A stretch of DNA of 64,000 nt from Trichinella spiralis (lineage: Eukaryota), in contig NW_003526941.1 of assembly GCF_000181795.1 (NCBI RefSeq), positions 2,761,933 to 2,825,932 of the forward strand. Direction: 5' to 3'. Position 1 is the stretch's first letter; every line of letters starts with the position of its first letter. The translations under genes and the position numbers were made by a program. Under the pieces are notes generated by a model. It saw only the letters and a program-made list of their open reading frames with translations, made no database searches and was not told where the DNA came from. Positions 52,601-64,000 of the stretch are shown here, one piece after another.

Positions 52601-55600
52601 TCACTGTTCGGTAAACATTTGTACTAGAAGAAACAAATTCATTGAAAATAGCTGAAAAATGAAAGAAGAAGAACATTCAAACCTTGTCTAGTGGGCCGCA
52701 AACACAGTTGACCATAATATCGAGAACTTCGTGTGAAGACAGTGAATTTTTCATTTCTTGACATATCGGAATGATAATTCTGAAAAATTGCACACATCCT
52801 CATTATTATATTGTGTAAAAGAAGAGCTCATTTCAATTATACTGAAATCCTGTCTTCTTGGATGAAAACCAATTCTGTGGTAACATTTTCAACAAATCCA
52901 ACTGAACAGCAGGATGTACAGACACAAAGCGACAAACATTCAACGAATAAAACACAATTTCACCACTGAAGAAAGATTTGAATATTCAAAATTAATATTT
53001 AAGGGATATGAAGAACAAATGAACAATCCCAACATTACCGACTATGAATCCCTGGAGGTGAGTGGAAGACGTTTTCAGTCAAACGCAATACACAACGGAG
53101 ACCGTCGAGCTGTCGAAACTGTTCAATGACATGCCAACTGGGCGACTGTGCCAGAGCAGTTGATAAAAAGCGAATACACTTTTCCAGTACCTCCTGATTG
53201 GCAACCATCACCTGAAAGCAGAATTAAGAAAAAGCGCAAAATTAATTAATAAAATGAATATTATCAAAGGAAATTTACTTGACTGCAAACAGGAGCATTG
53301 TTGTTGCTCAGTGCTACTGCTGCTGCTGAAGAAGAAGAAGAAGAAGAAGAAGAAGAAGCTTGAGAAACGAACAAGTGGCGTTTGGAACGCTGCTGAAGTC
53401 CCAAATCTTCTGCATAAAAGTAAATATGGCTTTCGAAATATCTGAAAAGGAAAAACAAGCAACCGTTTGAATAGTTGTAAATTTATATGCAAATCAAACA
53501 ACGAATTACGAGCTCAACGCCTGAATGACGAATTTGGCAGTGAAGCGCCACGAAGTTTGCGACTCCAAAGAGAGAAAAGGATTCAACGAGGTTGGATGAC
53601 GATTGTAAACCGATGCGAGCTGAAATTTGGAAAGAAAAAAAGAATAATACATCTGATTTTTAATAATTCAGAAATGAAATGAGAAAAAATGATAACAAAA
53701 ACATACACAATTGAGCAACGAGCGCAAACCACCAACCCTGTCAAATATCTTCAATATTGTGCGATATTTCAAAGCGTCACCCAAAAACATTGCCCCGTAA
53801 TAACGTGCCGATTCGTGAAAATTTTCCAACAATGCAATCACAAATCTAAATAAAATTATCATTAATAATTTGTGTGCAAAGATCCCCCAACAAATCCAGA
53901 TCCAACTGACGTGACCAATGCCAAGATCGCATCTGTACCCAGATTGCTTATTCTATCCATTGGCTCTTTTTCGGCGGACAACTGAGTAAGAGTACGCGCC
54001 ACACTGCATGCCGCCACTGACGACGTTGACACACCGGTGAACAACGTCACACCACCATGTTGGACAAATTCCAGCATCAGTTTCGGATGTTCAAAAAGAA
54101 TCCCCATGCACTGAAATTGAAAATACAAACAAACACCAATCAAATATTTTTGGCAAAACGTATAAAACCAAAATTACCTGAGCAGCTTGAAATACAATAA
54201 GATCACTTCCAGTGTTTTCAAATTTCAAAAAGTGAAACAGCAAATCCAAAATTCTGTGCTGATTGGCAACCTGAAACAAATACAACAACAATATCAACCA
54301 ACCTTGATAACAGTTTATGCCTCATAATTGGAATTCAATTGATCAATCTTCAAGCAAGTTACAAAATTTAAAATTACAACTCATATTCAAAAGTTACTAT
54401 CAAATAATTCAATCAGTCTTACTTCAATTTGTTAAACGGAACATCTGTTATAAGCTAACAAACAATACTCTGTTCCTTATTTAAATTTCATTTTGAAACA
54501 ATCTTCTTCAATTCAAATATTTTACCTCACAATAGACACACGTCGCACTGATGTAGCGCAAAATTATCAATATCATTTGATTGTCATCGGGCAAATTTTT
54601 AAAGATTAAGTACAACCGCATAACGTCAGCATCAACTTTCGCTGGTGAGTTCAATTCTGAACTCAAACGAGCTTGTTTGGAACAAGTGGCGCTAGTGGAT
54701 GCACCATCTGATGCCACTCGGTTGCGTTTGTTGGAATGCTGAATTTCTCCTTCAGATCTACTTGCGGTGCCGACATTTCTAGTGACAGTTCTATTGGCCA
54801 GCGTCCAAAGCTGTGGCAGAATAACATGCATCACTTCGATGTTTTTACTTTTCCACGAAGAATATGGTTCAACAGATTTCACAATGTCTATCATGCCAAC
54901 CAGAATAGATAAGGCGTGCATTTGCATAGGCGAGTTACGCATAAGGGCTCTACTGCATATAATTTCTACTGCTCGTGGCTGCAATAATGCATTAAGAATA
55001 CATTAAGTTTAAACAATAATTTTTCTAAAAAACAATCAAATTCCACTTTTCTTATAAAATTTTATAAGTATACTAAAAATTCCTGATTAATTTCTAAAGT
55101 AGCAGTAGCAGAATTTCTGTTCACATCTGACACGTCATTTAACTACAGATATTTTTCTTCAACTTTTAACAATTCAAATTAAATCTGGTTGTTTATGTTG
55201 CAAAATATATCATTAAAAAACAATAAATATAAAATACATTTCAAAATTAAATACCTCAGTCAAAAAAAAGTCTCGAATTATTGGTTCCATAGGTATATAC
55301 ATGGACATAGCAGCTAATATTCGTCCGACGACGTATATCACTACATGGTCCGTATTATGCAGATACTGTTGAAAAAGCTAAAAACCAAAGTAAAACTAAG
55401 CAAATTTTTAACAACAAACAAATTATATCGCAATAAATAAGAAACACACTTTGATCAAAAGTTTCGGATAAAAACCTTTAAAAAATGAATTGCAGTTAAA
55501 CAAACGAAAAAAAGTTTCTTCATGTAAACATTCCATTGGATCGGGATCGGACTGTACATATCGCTGGAACGTATCTTCAAATGCCTTCGCCATACTAATA

Positions 55601-55790
55601 GATATAAATTAATAATTTAAAAAACATAAACCCTCAAAACTTACATCTCCAAATCAGATATCCCATCAGACCAATTATATTCGTCAGTAAACTGCAAGAA
55701 AATTTCGGTTATAATTTCTGCAGTTGTCTGATTGCGAAAACGGGGATCGTCAAACAAAGCTCTTGAATCCTCTTCATTATCAGTAGACAT
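48879..55790 (-). CDS. DCAF1: DCAF1/VprBP CRL4 substrate receptor (>20 exons; Armadillo-like, LisH, WD40, acidic tail)
   Basis: PDPMECLH, HESARYYGAMF..FDRVGGLR, LisH-like GMFETAKKLYDEAGL, LDNVMNDYFRSQHRACPKP, NRYERNRAHFHP..VLSDGILWD..IHKFDKLN..FHPNGSEVIINSEVWD and a poly-Asp tail. Traced introns are all GT-AG. Confidence 0.93.
49573..49608. repeat. (AAT)n repeat in a DCAF1 intron
   Basis: Direct read. Confidence 0.9.
53328..53357. repeat. (GAA)n repeat encoding poly-Ser in a DCAF1 exon
   Basis: The minus strand reads [15 protein letters not shown] within an open exon. Confidence 0.8.
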
Positions 55791-57239
55791 TTCAGTATAT
55801 TTCGCTAAAATATATTAACTTTTATATTAAAACATATTTTGGAAAAACAACATAACTTTTCATCACATTAATAGAAAACAAAGTTTGGTAGAGAGAAATG
55901 CCTATTACCACATCATAAAATGCAAACATAAAAAACACTTGCACACAAGAACGTAATCAAAATCAAATTGCAAGTGAAATTACCGCAACAGTTCGAATAA
56001 CAAAAAGAAAGTATAGTATGACAGCTACAGTTCAAAACATATATGTACATTCAGGAGTCTGAATTCAAATTTATGATGAAACTGAATCAGAAAGTAAACT
56101 ACTTAAAAATACACGATTAAATAAAGTGTACTGATTATATATATCTGTGCTATTAAAAAAAATATTATTTGTTTTAAAACATGCTCACAACGTGGACAAT
56201 TCAAAATAATTAAATATATTTTATTTAACTGGAAAACCTTTTTAAATGCATTAAATTTAAATGAAACAGCAATAGCTCATTATATAAAAATTTAATATCA
56301 AAAAATTATTAAAATTATTATATAAAATAACTTTAATTCAAAGACAGCTAAACAAAACTAAATCACTCAAATTCATTTGATATGTTTTATACTTTACATG
56401 TTCAGTATTCTTTTGAAATGCTGGTGCAAATACTCAGAAGTAAAATATCGATAGTAAGTTAAAATTTTATTTATTATTAATTAGCAGGAATTTCAAGACA
56501 GCCCTATTAGTAAAATACACACGCACTTAATAATACCTAAAATGGATAATTAAAGTACTGGGTAAAAATTAAACTGCAATTAATAATGTTAAAATCGTGA
56601 GATAAATTTCTGGAACCAAAAAGCTTTCTTAAAACAATATAAAAAAAATTACATGTAATATTTACAGATACTTCGAAATCTAAATGCCAGTTGTTAAAGT
56701 TTTAATAATGCAACTGCAACTGCTACATTTAGGAAAAAGATTAAGAATGATATATATATATTTTCGCCATCGCATTAAATTATTAAATGAAAATTCACTT
56801 ACTTTAAAACTATATAAACTTCTTGATTTTTTACAGTACGTAATCTGCACTAATGTAAGATGTTCTAATGCGACAATGGAGCTCATTACAGTTTATGATT
56901 TTCAAGGACTAATAGCATAAACGTGTACTTTGTATGCAGTTGTCAATGTTATACTAAATTTATAGTATCATAAATATGATTCTGATAAACTAAATATAAC
57001 TGTATAAATCTGATTATTATTAAGGAACTGTTGAATAAATTCTCATAACTTTTTATTTACAGTAATGTTTGAAGACGAACCCAAATTATAAGTTTAAACT
57101 ATTATTAGAATATGAATTTTATCGAATATACAGTTAATAGTTAAATTAAAAACATTTAAAAGAATAAAATAATAATATAAATGCACAATTTTAATGTGAA
57201 ATCTAATTTTTATTGCACAGCAGTTTTTTCACACATTCC

Positions 57240-57654
57240 TTAGCGCAGCAACTTCAAATGATTTAAATATTTTTTGATTTCCTTCAAATAATATGGCTTC
57301 ACAGCTAATGCGGTTGCAGAATTTTCTGGCATTTCAATCCATAGAACATGATCAATAGAGTTTTCAGTAAAGGTGGCAGACAGATTTCGCAGTTCATGTT
57401 CATTTTCAACCGAAAACATTTAATACTAATCAAATCATTCATAGTACAAATATGCAATAAATGTTTACTTCTAAAACTACTTTCACTTGATTTCCAATGA
57501 CTTGCATATATTGTGAAACTAGTGGGTCGTCTCTGAAATTCCACAATACAGCAGACGTAGCATGACAAGCCTGACCTATGACAGCTCCAGAAGTCCAATT
57601 TAACCTTTTAGCTAAATCGCTGCGAACAACAATATACATGACAATCTTTTCCAT
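57240..57654 (-). CDS. PTRHD1: PTRHD1 (Pth2-like peptidyl-tRNA hydrolase domain protein); exons 57654-57469 and 57410-57240
   Basis: YIVVRSDL..W..GAVIGQACHA..KVVLE / IDHVLWIEMPEN.ATALAVKPY. The intron acceptor is non-canonical (see findings). Confidence 0.85.
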
Positions 57655-57957
57655 CTAAATAAAATATTTCATTATTCAACAATATATTGTTGAATGTATT
57701 TTATAATTAAACGTAGCCATGTATAACTTTTTACTGACAATAAATTGAATGTTGATTAAAACCTGTATAAAGCATAAAATACATACAGTACACATACTTT
57801 TGAAACAATAATAGCTTCTTTCTTTCACATTACTTTCTTTACTATCACAACAAAAGCATACATAGAATCAAAAGAGCTACATTATTAGTTACTCTCAGTC
57901 GAGGAATATTATTTGGAAATTGAAAAGATAAACTGATGCATAACAAAAGGTGTTCAA

Positions 57958-58776
57958 TTAATTTTCCTTTGCCAAAAAGTGTTCACATGCTCTCTGGCAC
58001 AATTCAAATACTTCTTCAAAACTGCTCAAGCCCTTCGTCTAAAATGCAAAAAATATTCAAAGTCAAAAACAAATCGCAAACAATTACGTTAACAATAAAA
58101 TAAATATCATAATGATAATGATAATAATAATGAAAAAATACTGATTTTCAGATGAATAATAAATAAAAATAAGTATTATCATTTGGAAGATATTCATATA
58201 AATAACTTACATAGTATGGATCGGGAATAATTCTGGAGTTATTTTCAGGATCATAAGATCCTAAAAGTTGTATTTTACACTTTGCATTGTTTACTTTACT
58301 CTTCATACTTTCCAGATCTCTGTAAATTATTCCTTTATAATAAAGCAAAAAAGATAATAAATATTTTTACCTGATATTGTTATCATCCATGCCTAATATG
58401 TAGTCAAATTCTCGAAAATCTTCATCTGTTACAATACGAACCGTATGCTCATATTGTTTAATGCCATGTTTGGACAGGACTTTCATTGTCCGATCGTCTG
58501 GTGAACCTCCTACGTGATATCCACATGTGGCTGCGCTATCAGCCATCCACTATAAATTATATCAAAAAGTAACGAAACTGCTAATGCGATAAAATATATA
58601 AGGAACCTGCTGAGTAAGATTTCTATCTTTCAATAATTTTAAAAATACAGCTTCAGCCATTGGTGAACGACAGATGTTTCCTAGAAATTCAGAAAATAGC
58701 AAATTTTAACAATGGAAATTTTGAAAATGTAGAGCTGTTTACCCAAGCAAACAAATAAAACAGATTTCCGTGACAT
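57958..58776 (-). CDS. ACP1: Low-molecular-weight phosphotyrosine phosphatase, 5 exons
   Basis: [21 protein letters not shown] P-loop, DSAAT..YHVG..PD.R, FDYILGMD, LLGSYDP and DPYY. Confidence 0.95.
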
Positions 58777-59366
58777 AGTCTACCTAAATTAAAAAAATAT
58801 AAATACAACAGCCAACTGTAATAAACTATTAAATTAAACATTATAAAACGGATTTGATTATTAATATTACAAATCTTTTAATGGGCTGTCAAGCTAACAG
58901 TTATCAATTAGCATAACTTTAAATATAAGCAAACTGATAATAGAAAACTTAAGTTTACTGCAGCATTGTTACATAAATAAAATTAAGTACAAATAATGAT
59001 AAAATATAATTCATATATAGCATATTTTTAAAAACTACTTACTTACTGAATTACATATCATTATATAGCATTAGTTTATTTATTTAACATTATTTGACTT
59101 GTTTTTCAAGTTTGTTGACAATTTCGATTGTTCAAAAAATTAGCATGAATTCAGCAGATGTAAAAACTGTAATATTAAATATATACAAATGCTTACTTTC
59201 AAACATATAAACGTTTTCAAAATGCTCATATCAAATAATAAAAAACATATTTCATGAAAAATTTACTTGATTTACACTTTTACAGTGCACAGAATACTGT
59301 AGTCGAGTAAATAATTGTGCAGGTGATTCATAAAGAAGTTGGAGTTAGCATTAATTCCCATTAAAA

Positions 59367-61592
59367 ATGTCTGGAATTCCTGTAATTGGAAAGGTAATTG
59401 TGCAGTCAACTGCAGGAGCTATTCCTGTTAGAAATGAAAAAGGTAAGTAAAATTCTTAAATGAAAAGTATCTTTCATTAAATAATGGTTGAATCTTGTTT
59501 ATATTTTTCATTTAATTTCAGGTGACTTAGTGATGGAAAAAGTAAAAGTCAGTAGATATGTGGCTGGGAAACGGTAGAGGAATAGTTATATTTACTTTAT
59601 TTAATTCTTTTGACTGGACTTTCAATTTCAGACCAGATTACGCTGTATCTTGCAACAGTGACAGTGATGATGATGATTATGTATATCATGAGGAGTCAGA
59701 TTTGAAGAAGTTGGAAAGTGCACATGTTGTTGAACAGCAAGAAGAATTGGAAATTCGAAGCGAAGAATTTGAAAGAAAAGCTGTGAGTGATCCACGCCTT
59801 CGTCGTTTGATGAAAACAAATTTTCAAGATGAAGATGAGGAAATAAAGTAAGAATTGTTTTAGAATTTACTGAAATTTTAAAATAAAATGATCTATTTTT
59901 TACGAGTGTCTTGCTGCTGTTTTATTTAATGGGACGCATTTTATATTTGAATGATTGATGTGCTGAGACAAACAGTTTTTAGAGTTGCTCGCCACAGAAC
60001 TATTCATGAAGCTAGCCGTAGAGGGCAGCGCAAAGTGAAGGAATTTGATGATGCTAGCGAAAATGAAGACAATTACCAGAGTGATAGCCAAGCAGATAAT
60101 GATGGATTGACAGAAAATGTTAGAAACAGTAAAATGAATATTTTCATATGTTTAATAAGCTTTTTATAGGAATTTCTTCAAAGGCGTGCATTGCTTCGTA
60201 AGAAAGCGCAAGAGCGATCAGAAGAAGTAGTTTATCTTCTTAATCTACAGTATTTCATTCTGTTTCCTTTTTTTTAATAGGAAATTGAGGATGAAGCCAT
60301 TGAATGCATGGGGGATGATGAAGGCGAAGAAGAAGTGGAAGATGAAGAAAGTGAATATGAAGAATATACAGATTCAGAAGATGAAACTATGCCCAGATTG
60401 AAACCTGTTTTTGTTGGAAGGTACGAAATTGATAATGCAAATTTTGCATTAATCTTACACTAATTCAGGGAAGAACGAGCTACTCTTTTGGATGCTGAAA
60501 ATGAGCGTATTCGGCAAGCTGAACTGGAACTTGAAGAAAAGAGAAAAGCCGAAGAAAGAAGAAAGGCAACTGTCAAAGTAATTCGTTTTTTTATTGTATT
60601 TGGATTATTTTATTTATATACTATTATTAATTTATGGATATTTCTTGCATTGCATTTCAGCTTGTTGAAGAGTTAGTGCGATTGGAAGTGGAACAGGAGA
60701 ATCAGAAGCGTGAAGAAGAGGTTTTCAACTTAGATGCAGTAATAACGGATGATGAGAATGAAGAGCTAGCTTACGAAATGTGGAAAATTCGAGAATTGAA
60801 GCGTTTAAAACGCGATCGAGAAGAACGAGAAGCGTAATTTTAATTTATTTTTTAATTGTCATATATTTATTGGATGTAATTGTATGACATTTTTTTGGAA
60901 TGTAGCTCATCTGTATATTATACTGAATTCAGGAGGAGGAATTATTTTTTGTTGGATGAATTTGTCGAATTGTCAAATAAGTTGTATGGTTTTAAAATAT
61001 TTTTACTGCGAATTTAGATATGAGAAAGAAAAACAAGAAATTGAACGAGTTCATAATATGACTGAACAAGAACGTCGGGCCTACTTACGTGCAAATCCGA
61101 AAATTATAGTGAACAAGGTTAGTTTGTTAATTTTTTGTTTCAAATAATATAATAGGCTTTTTTTTGTTTTTATTTTAGCAAGAGAAAGGAAAGTTTAAGT
61201 TTTTGCAAAAATATTTTCATCGTGGTGTCTTTTATTTGGATCAAGAAGACGATGTTTATAAGAGAAATTTCGCAGAACCAACATTGGAGGATCGTTGCGA
61301 TCGTACCACGTTGCCTAAAGTGATGCAAGTATGTGTGTTTTCAATCCTGTTTAATCCTGTTAATTATAAAATGGAATTTTAATTAATGAAGATGAAATTG
61401 ATTTGTTTTTAGGTGAAAAATTTTGGTAAAGCCGGTCGAACAAAATGGACTCATTTGGTTGCTGAAGATACGACTGACTTTCAGTCACCTTGGGTATCTG
61501 AGTCTGTTCAAAATTTGAAATTTTACCATAACCACGCCGCAGCTGCTCGAGATATATTTGTCCGACCGTCTGCAAAAAAGCGAAGAGAATGA
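59367..61592 (+). CDS. MFAP1: Microfibrillar-associated protein 1 (spliceosome B-complex factor)
   Basis: [97 protein letters not shown] and RPSAKKR. Confidence 0.96.
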
Positions 61593-61802
61593 ATTGTAAT
61601 TTGTCTCTAATTTTTATTTTAACAATATTTTCTACTAAGTTTATCCTTATATGTATATGTATTTATGTGTATACATTGTAAATAAAGTGGTTGCCAGTTT
61701 TTTAATTTGTTCGATGTGGTAAAGTAAAGTACTTTCTCTCTACTTTTTATTTTGATCTGTTCATTTTGATTTTTCCCTTTTGTTTGTATGCATGGAAATT
61801 TC

Positions 61803-64000
61803 ATGAACAGCTTGATGGAGATCGAGTTTGAAATCAAAGAATTTGTCGAATCAAGAAAAGGTTTTCACTGCATTTTCAAGCACAGGTAGTGCCTGTTAGC
61901 AAACACGCCTATGCATAGGTTGAATTTAGAAATAACGAAAGCACATTGAAATTTCAGATATCAAGATTTCATCGTTCACGAAATAGATTCATCTGGTGTA
62001 ATGGTACAATTGACTGATTTGAATTCGGCAGTTTCAGAAGTACTGCAATTAATGTTGAGACTTTTTTCTTTGTAATTCGTAATATATGCAGATTTTTAGG
62101 ATTTAGTGAAATGTAATGATAGATGCTCTGAATCTTTTTTTCATGATATTGCAATTGTAAATGGTTTAAAAAGTGTTGCCAGTGGAGAACTGAAAGAATA
62201 TCAGATCGATTGTACAGTAAGATGAATTAATTTTAGTCAGGTTTGAAATCATAAAAATAATTTTCTGCTTTCGAAACAAAGGGAAAATCGAAAGAAGAAC
62301 GAATGCTGATTCATAAAGCAGTAAGGGATGAATTTACTAATGCACTTGAAACGGAGACTGTAAAATGTGATTCAAACACTTTCATAACTGTTACTGTAGC
62401 TGGTGGGTTTTTTTTCACATTGATCTTTCAGTTGTTAAGAATGATATGGCACTACTGTAGGCTCTAATAAACGAAAAAGACAAATTTGGCCAAGTGATCG
62501 GGAAGGTGAACATTGTCATTTTGTAATTTATAAAGAAAACACCGATTCGAATGTTGCCATTGCAAAAATTGCCAAACTGTTACGGTAATTGACTTTTGTT
62601 ATAATTTGAGTTGCATAGTATGAAAAGAATTTTATTCTCCTTTGCAGCATTTCTCCGAAAACTATTTGCATTGCTGGTACAAAAGATCGCAGGGCTGTTA
62701 CTACTCAGCGCGCCTCTGCTTATCGTTTGGAAGCTGGCCAGCTGTTGCAATTGAACAATCGTTTGCATGGTGTACGCGTCGGAAATTGCGCTTACAAGCC
62801 GAATGGAATTTTTCTGGGCGATCTCAATGGAAATCGTTTTACTATTGTTTTACGGTTTTAACTTTTGTAAATTAACTAACAGAACACGTGTAATATTTGA
62901 TTATATATTGGTAGTAATGTAAAGGAAAATACTGATTTTATCGAAGAATGCATAAAGCAATGGAAGGAAGTCGGTTTCATTAATTATTATGGAGCCCAGC
63001 GCTTTGGAACAGGACCTGTTCATACTCATGAGGTTGGCAAGTAGGTGAGAAAAGCAGAACATCGATTAATGCAATGATAAACATTTATTTTAGATTGATG
63101 TTACATAGAAAATGGAAAGAAGCCGCAGAATTATTGTTGCAACCACATTCAAACGAAATTTGTAAGAAATGCGTTGTTTAGACTTATTTGTTGTTTGAAT
63201 ATCTTTATAAATAATAGTAATTGGAGTAGTAGGAAAGAAATTTTTGTTTAGCAGAATGTGATAGCATGCCAATTGCAAGTGATGATGGCGAAAACAATAG
63301 GAAAGAACTTGTAAATAAAAAAAAACATTTGCTGAATATCCATGATTTACTCAAATCAGGATTAAGAAGAATGAAAGGAAATGACTATGCAGCAGTTTTT
63401 AGAACTGTAAAATAAAAACATTTATAATTTTCTTAAAATAGTATAATAATGCTATCAGATTTATTAGATTCCAAGAAATTTGAGAAATCTCTATATACAC
63501 AGCTATCAGAGTATTGTTTGGAATCGAATGGTCTCCAGACGAGTTGCAATGTATGGTGACCGTTTATTGGATGGGGATTTGGTTATTAGAAGCAGTGTCG
63601 ACGGTATTGCGTTTTTCAGTTTATGTGTATGAGTATTTTATTTTTTATTTTAGCTGAAGATCAGCCAGTTTTTTTGACGAAAGACAGCATGATCCATTAT
63701 GATAAATTTGATTTAGTTCTTCCGTTGCTCAGCGGAGATGCGATTTTACCGAAAAATGATTGTACTCTATTAAATTTGTTGTTGTTTTTATTTATAATAT
63801 TTTTTAGGTGGAAAGTTATATGAACAGATATTGAAGGAAGAAGGAATTGATGTGGAATATTTTCATGCACTGCGGAAGGAGTTCGGCTTGCATGGTGGTT
63901 TTAGAAAAGTTTTCGTTAAACCTTCAGAAGTTAATTATGAATTTCATCGTTATAAGTATGCTGACGAACAGCTTGTGCAAACTGACTTGGATCGACTCAA
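61803..64000 (+). CDS. PUS7: TruD-family pseudouridine synthase PUS7 (3' truncated by window; start 61803 or 61815)
   Basis: KHRYQDFIVHEI, IYKENTD, catalytic AGTKDRRAVTTQ, LGDLNGNRFTIVLR, GFINYYGAQRFG and IPRNLRNLYIHSYQS.VWN. Confidence 0.94.

Noticed and set aside
56073..56134. C/D-box-like ATGATGA...CTGA
   Set aside because: Very AT-rich, no terminal stem and no recognisable rRNA guide.
1..64000. Transposons, CRISPR arrays, rRNA or tRNA genes, prokaryotic systems
   Set aside because: No transposase/RT ORFs, repeat-spacer arrays or recognisable RNA genes seen by eye; the sequence is eukaryotic.

Overview
AT-rich, intron-containing eukaryotic DNA with short (~50-100 nt) GT-AG introns, TTTCAG/TTTTAG acceptors and many microsatellites. 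The gene content (gob-1-type T6PP, SOC-2 N-terminus) points to a nematode, most likely a clade I parasite such as Trichinella (inference). Gene order: possible non-coding multi-exon transcript (-); three genes with single-exon CDSs (GLUT-like transporter +, CDC20-like -, trehalose-6-phosphate phosphatase +); lysosomal/gastric-type lipase (-); ~10 kb regulatory-looking interval; CHH/ITP-family neuropeptide (+); secreted NUDT9-like Nudix protein with a degenerate catalytic box (+); SHOC2/soc-2 with several alternative 5' exons (-); DCAF1 (-); PTRHD1 (-); LMW-PTP (-); MFAP1 (+); PUS7 (+, runs off the window). Main findings: a signal-peptide-bearing pseudo-Nudix NUDT9 homolog; a SHOC2 isoform that uses a 19-nt microexon and has a canonical RVxF PP1-docking motif; a PTRHD1 intron that can only be spliced at a non-AG acceptor; and a CDC20 lacking the IR tail. 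Exon structures were spliced by hand, and homolog comparisons are from memory, not database searches.
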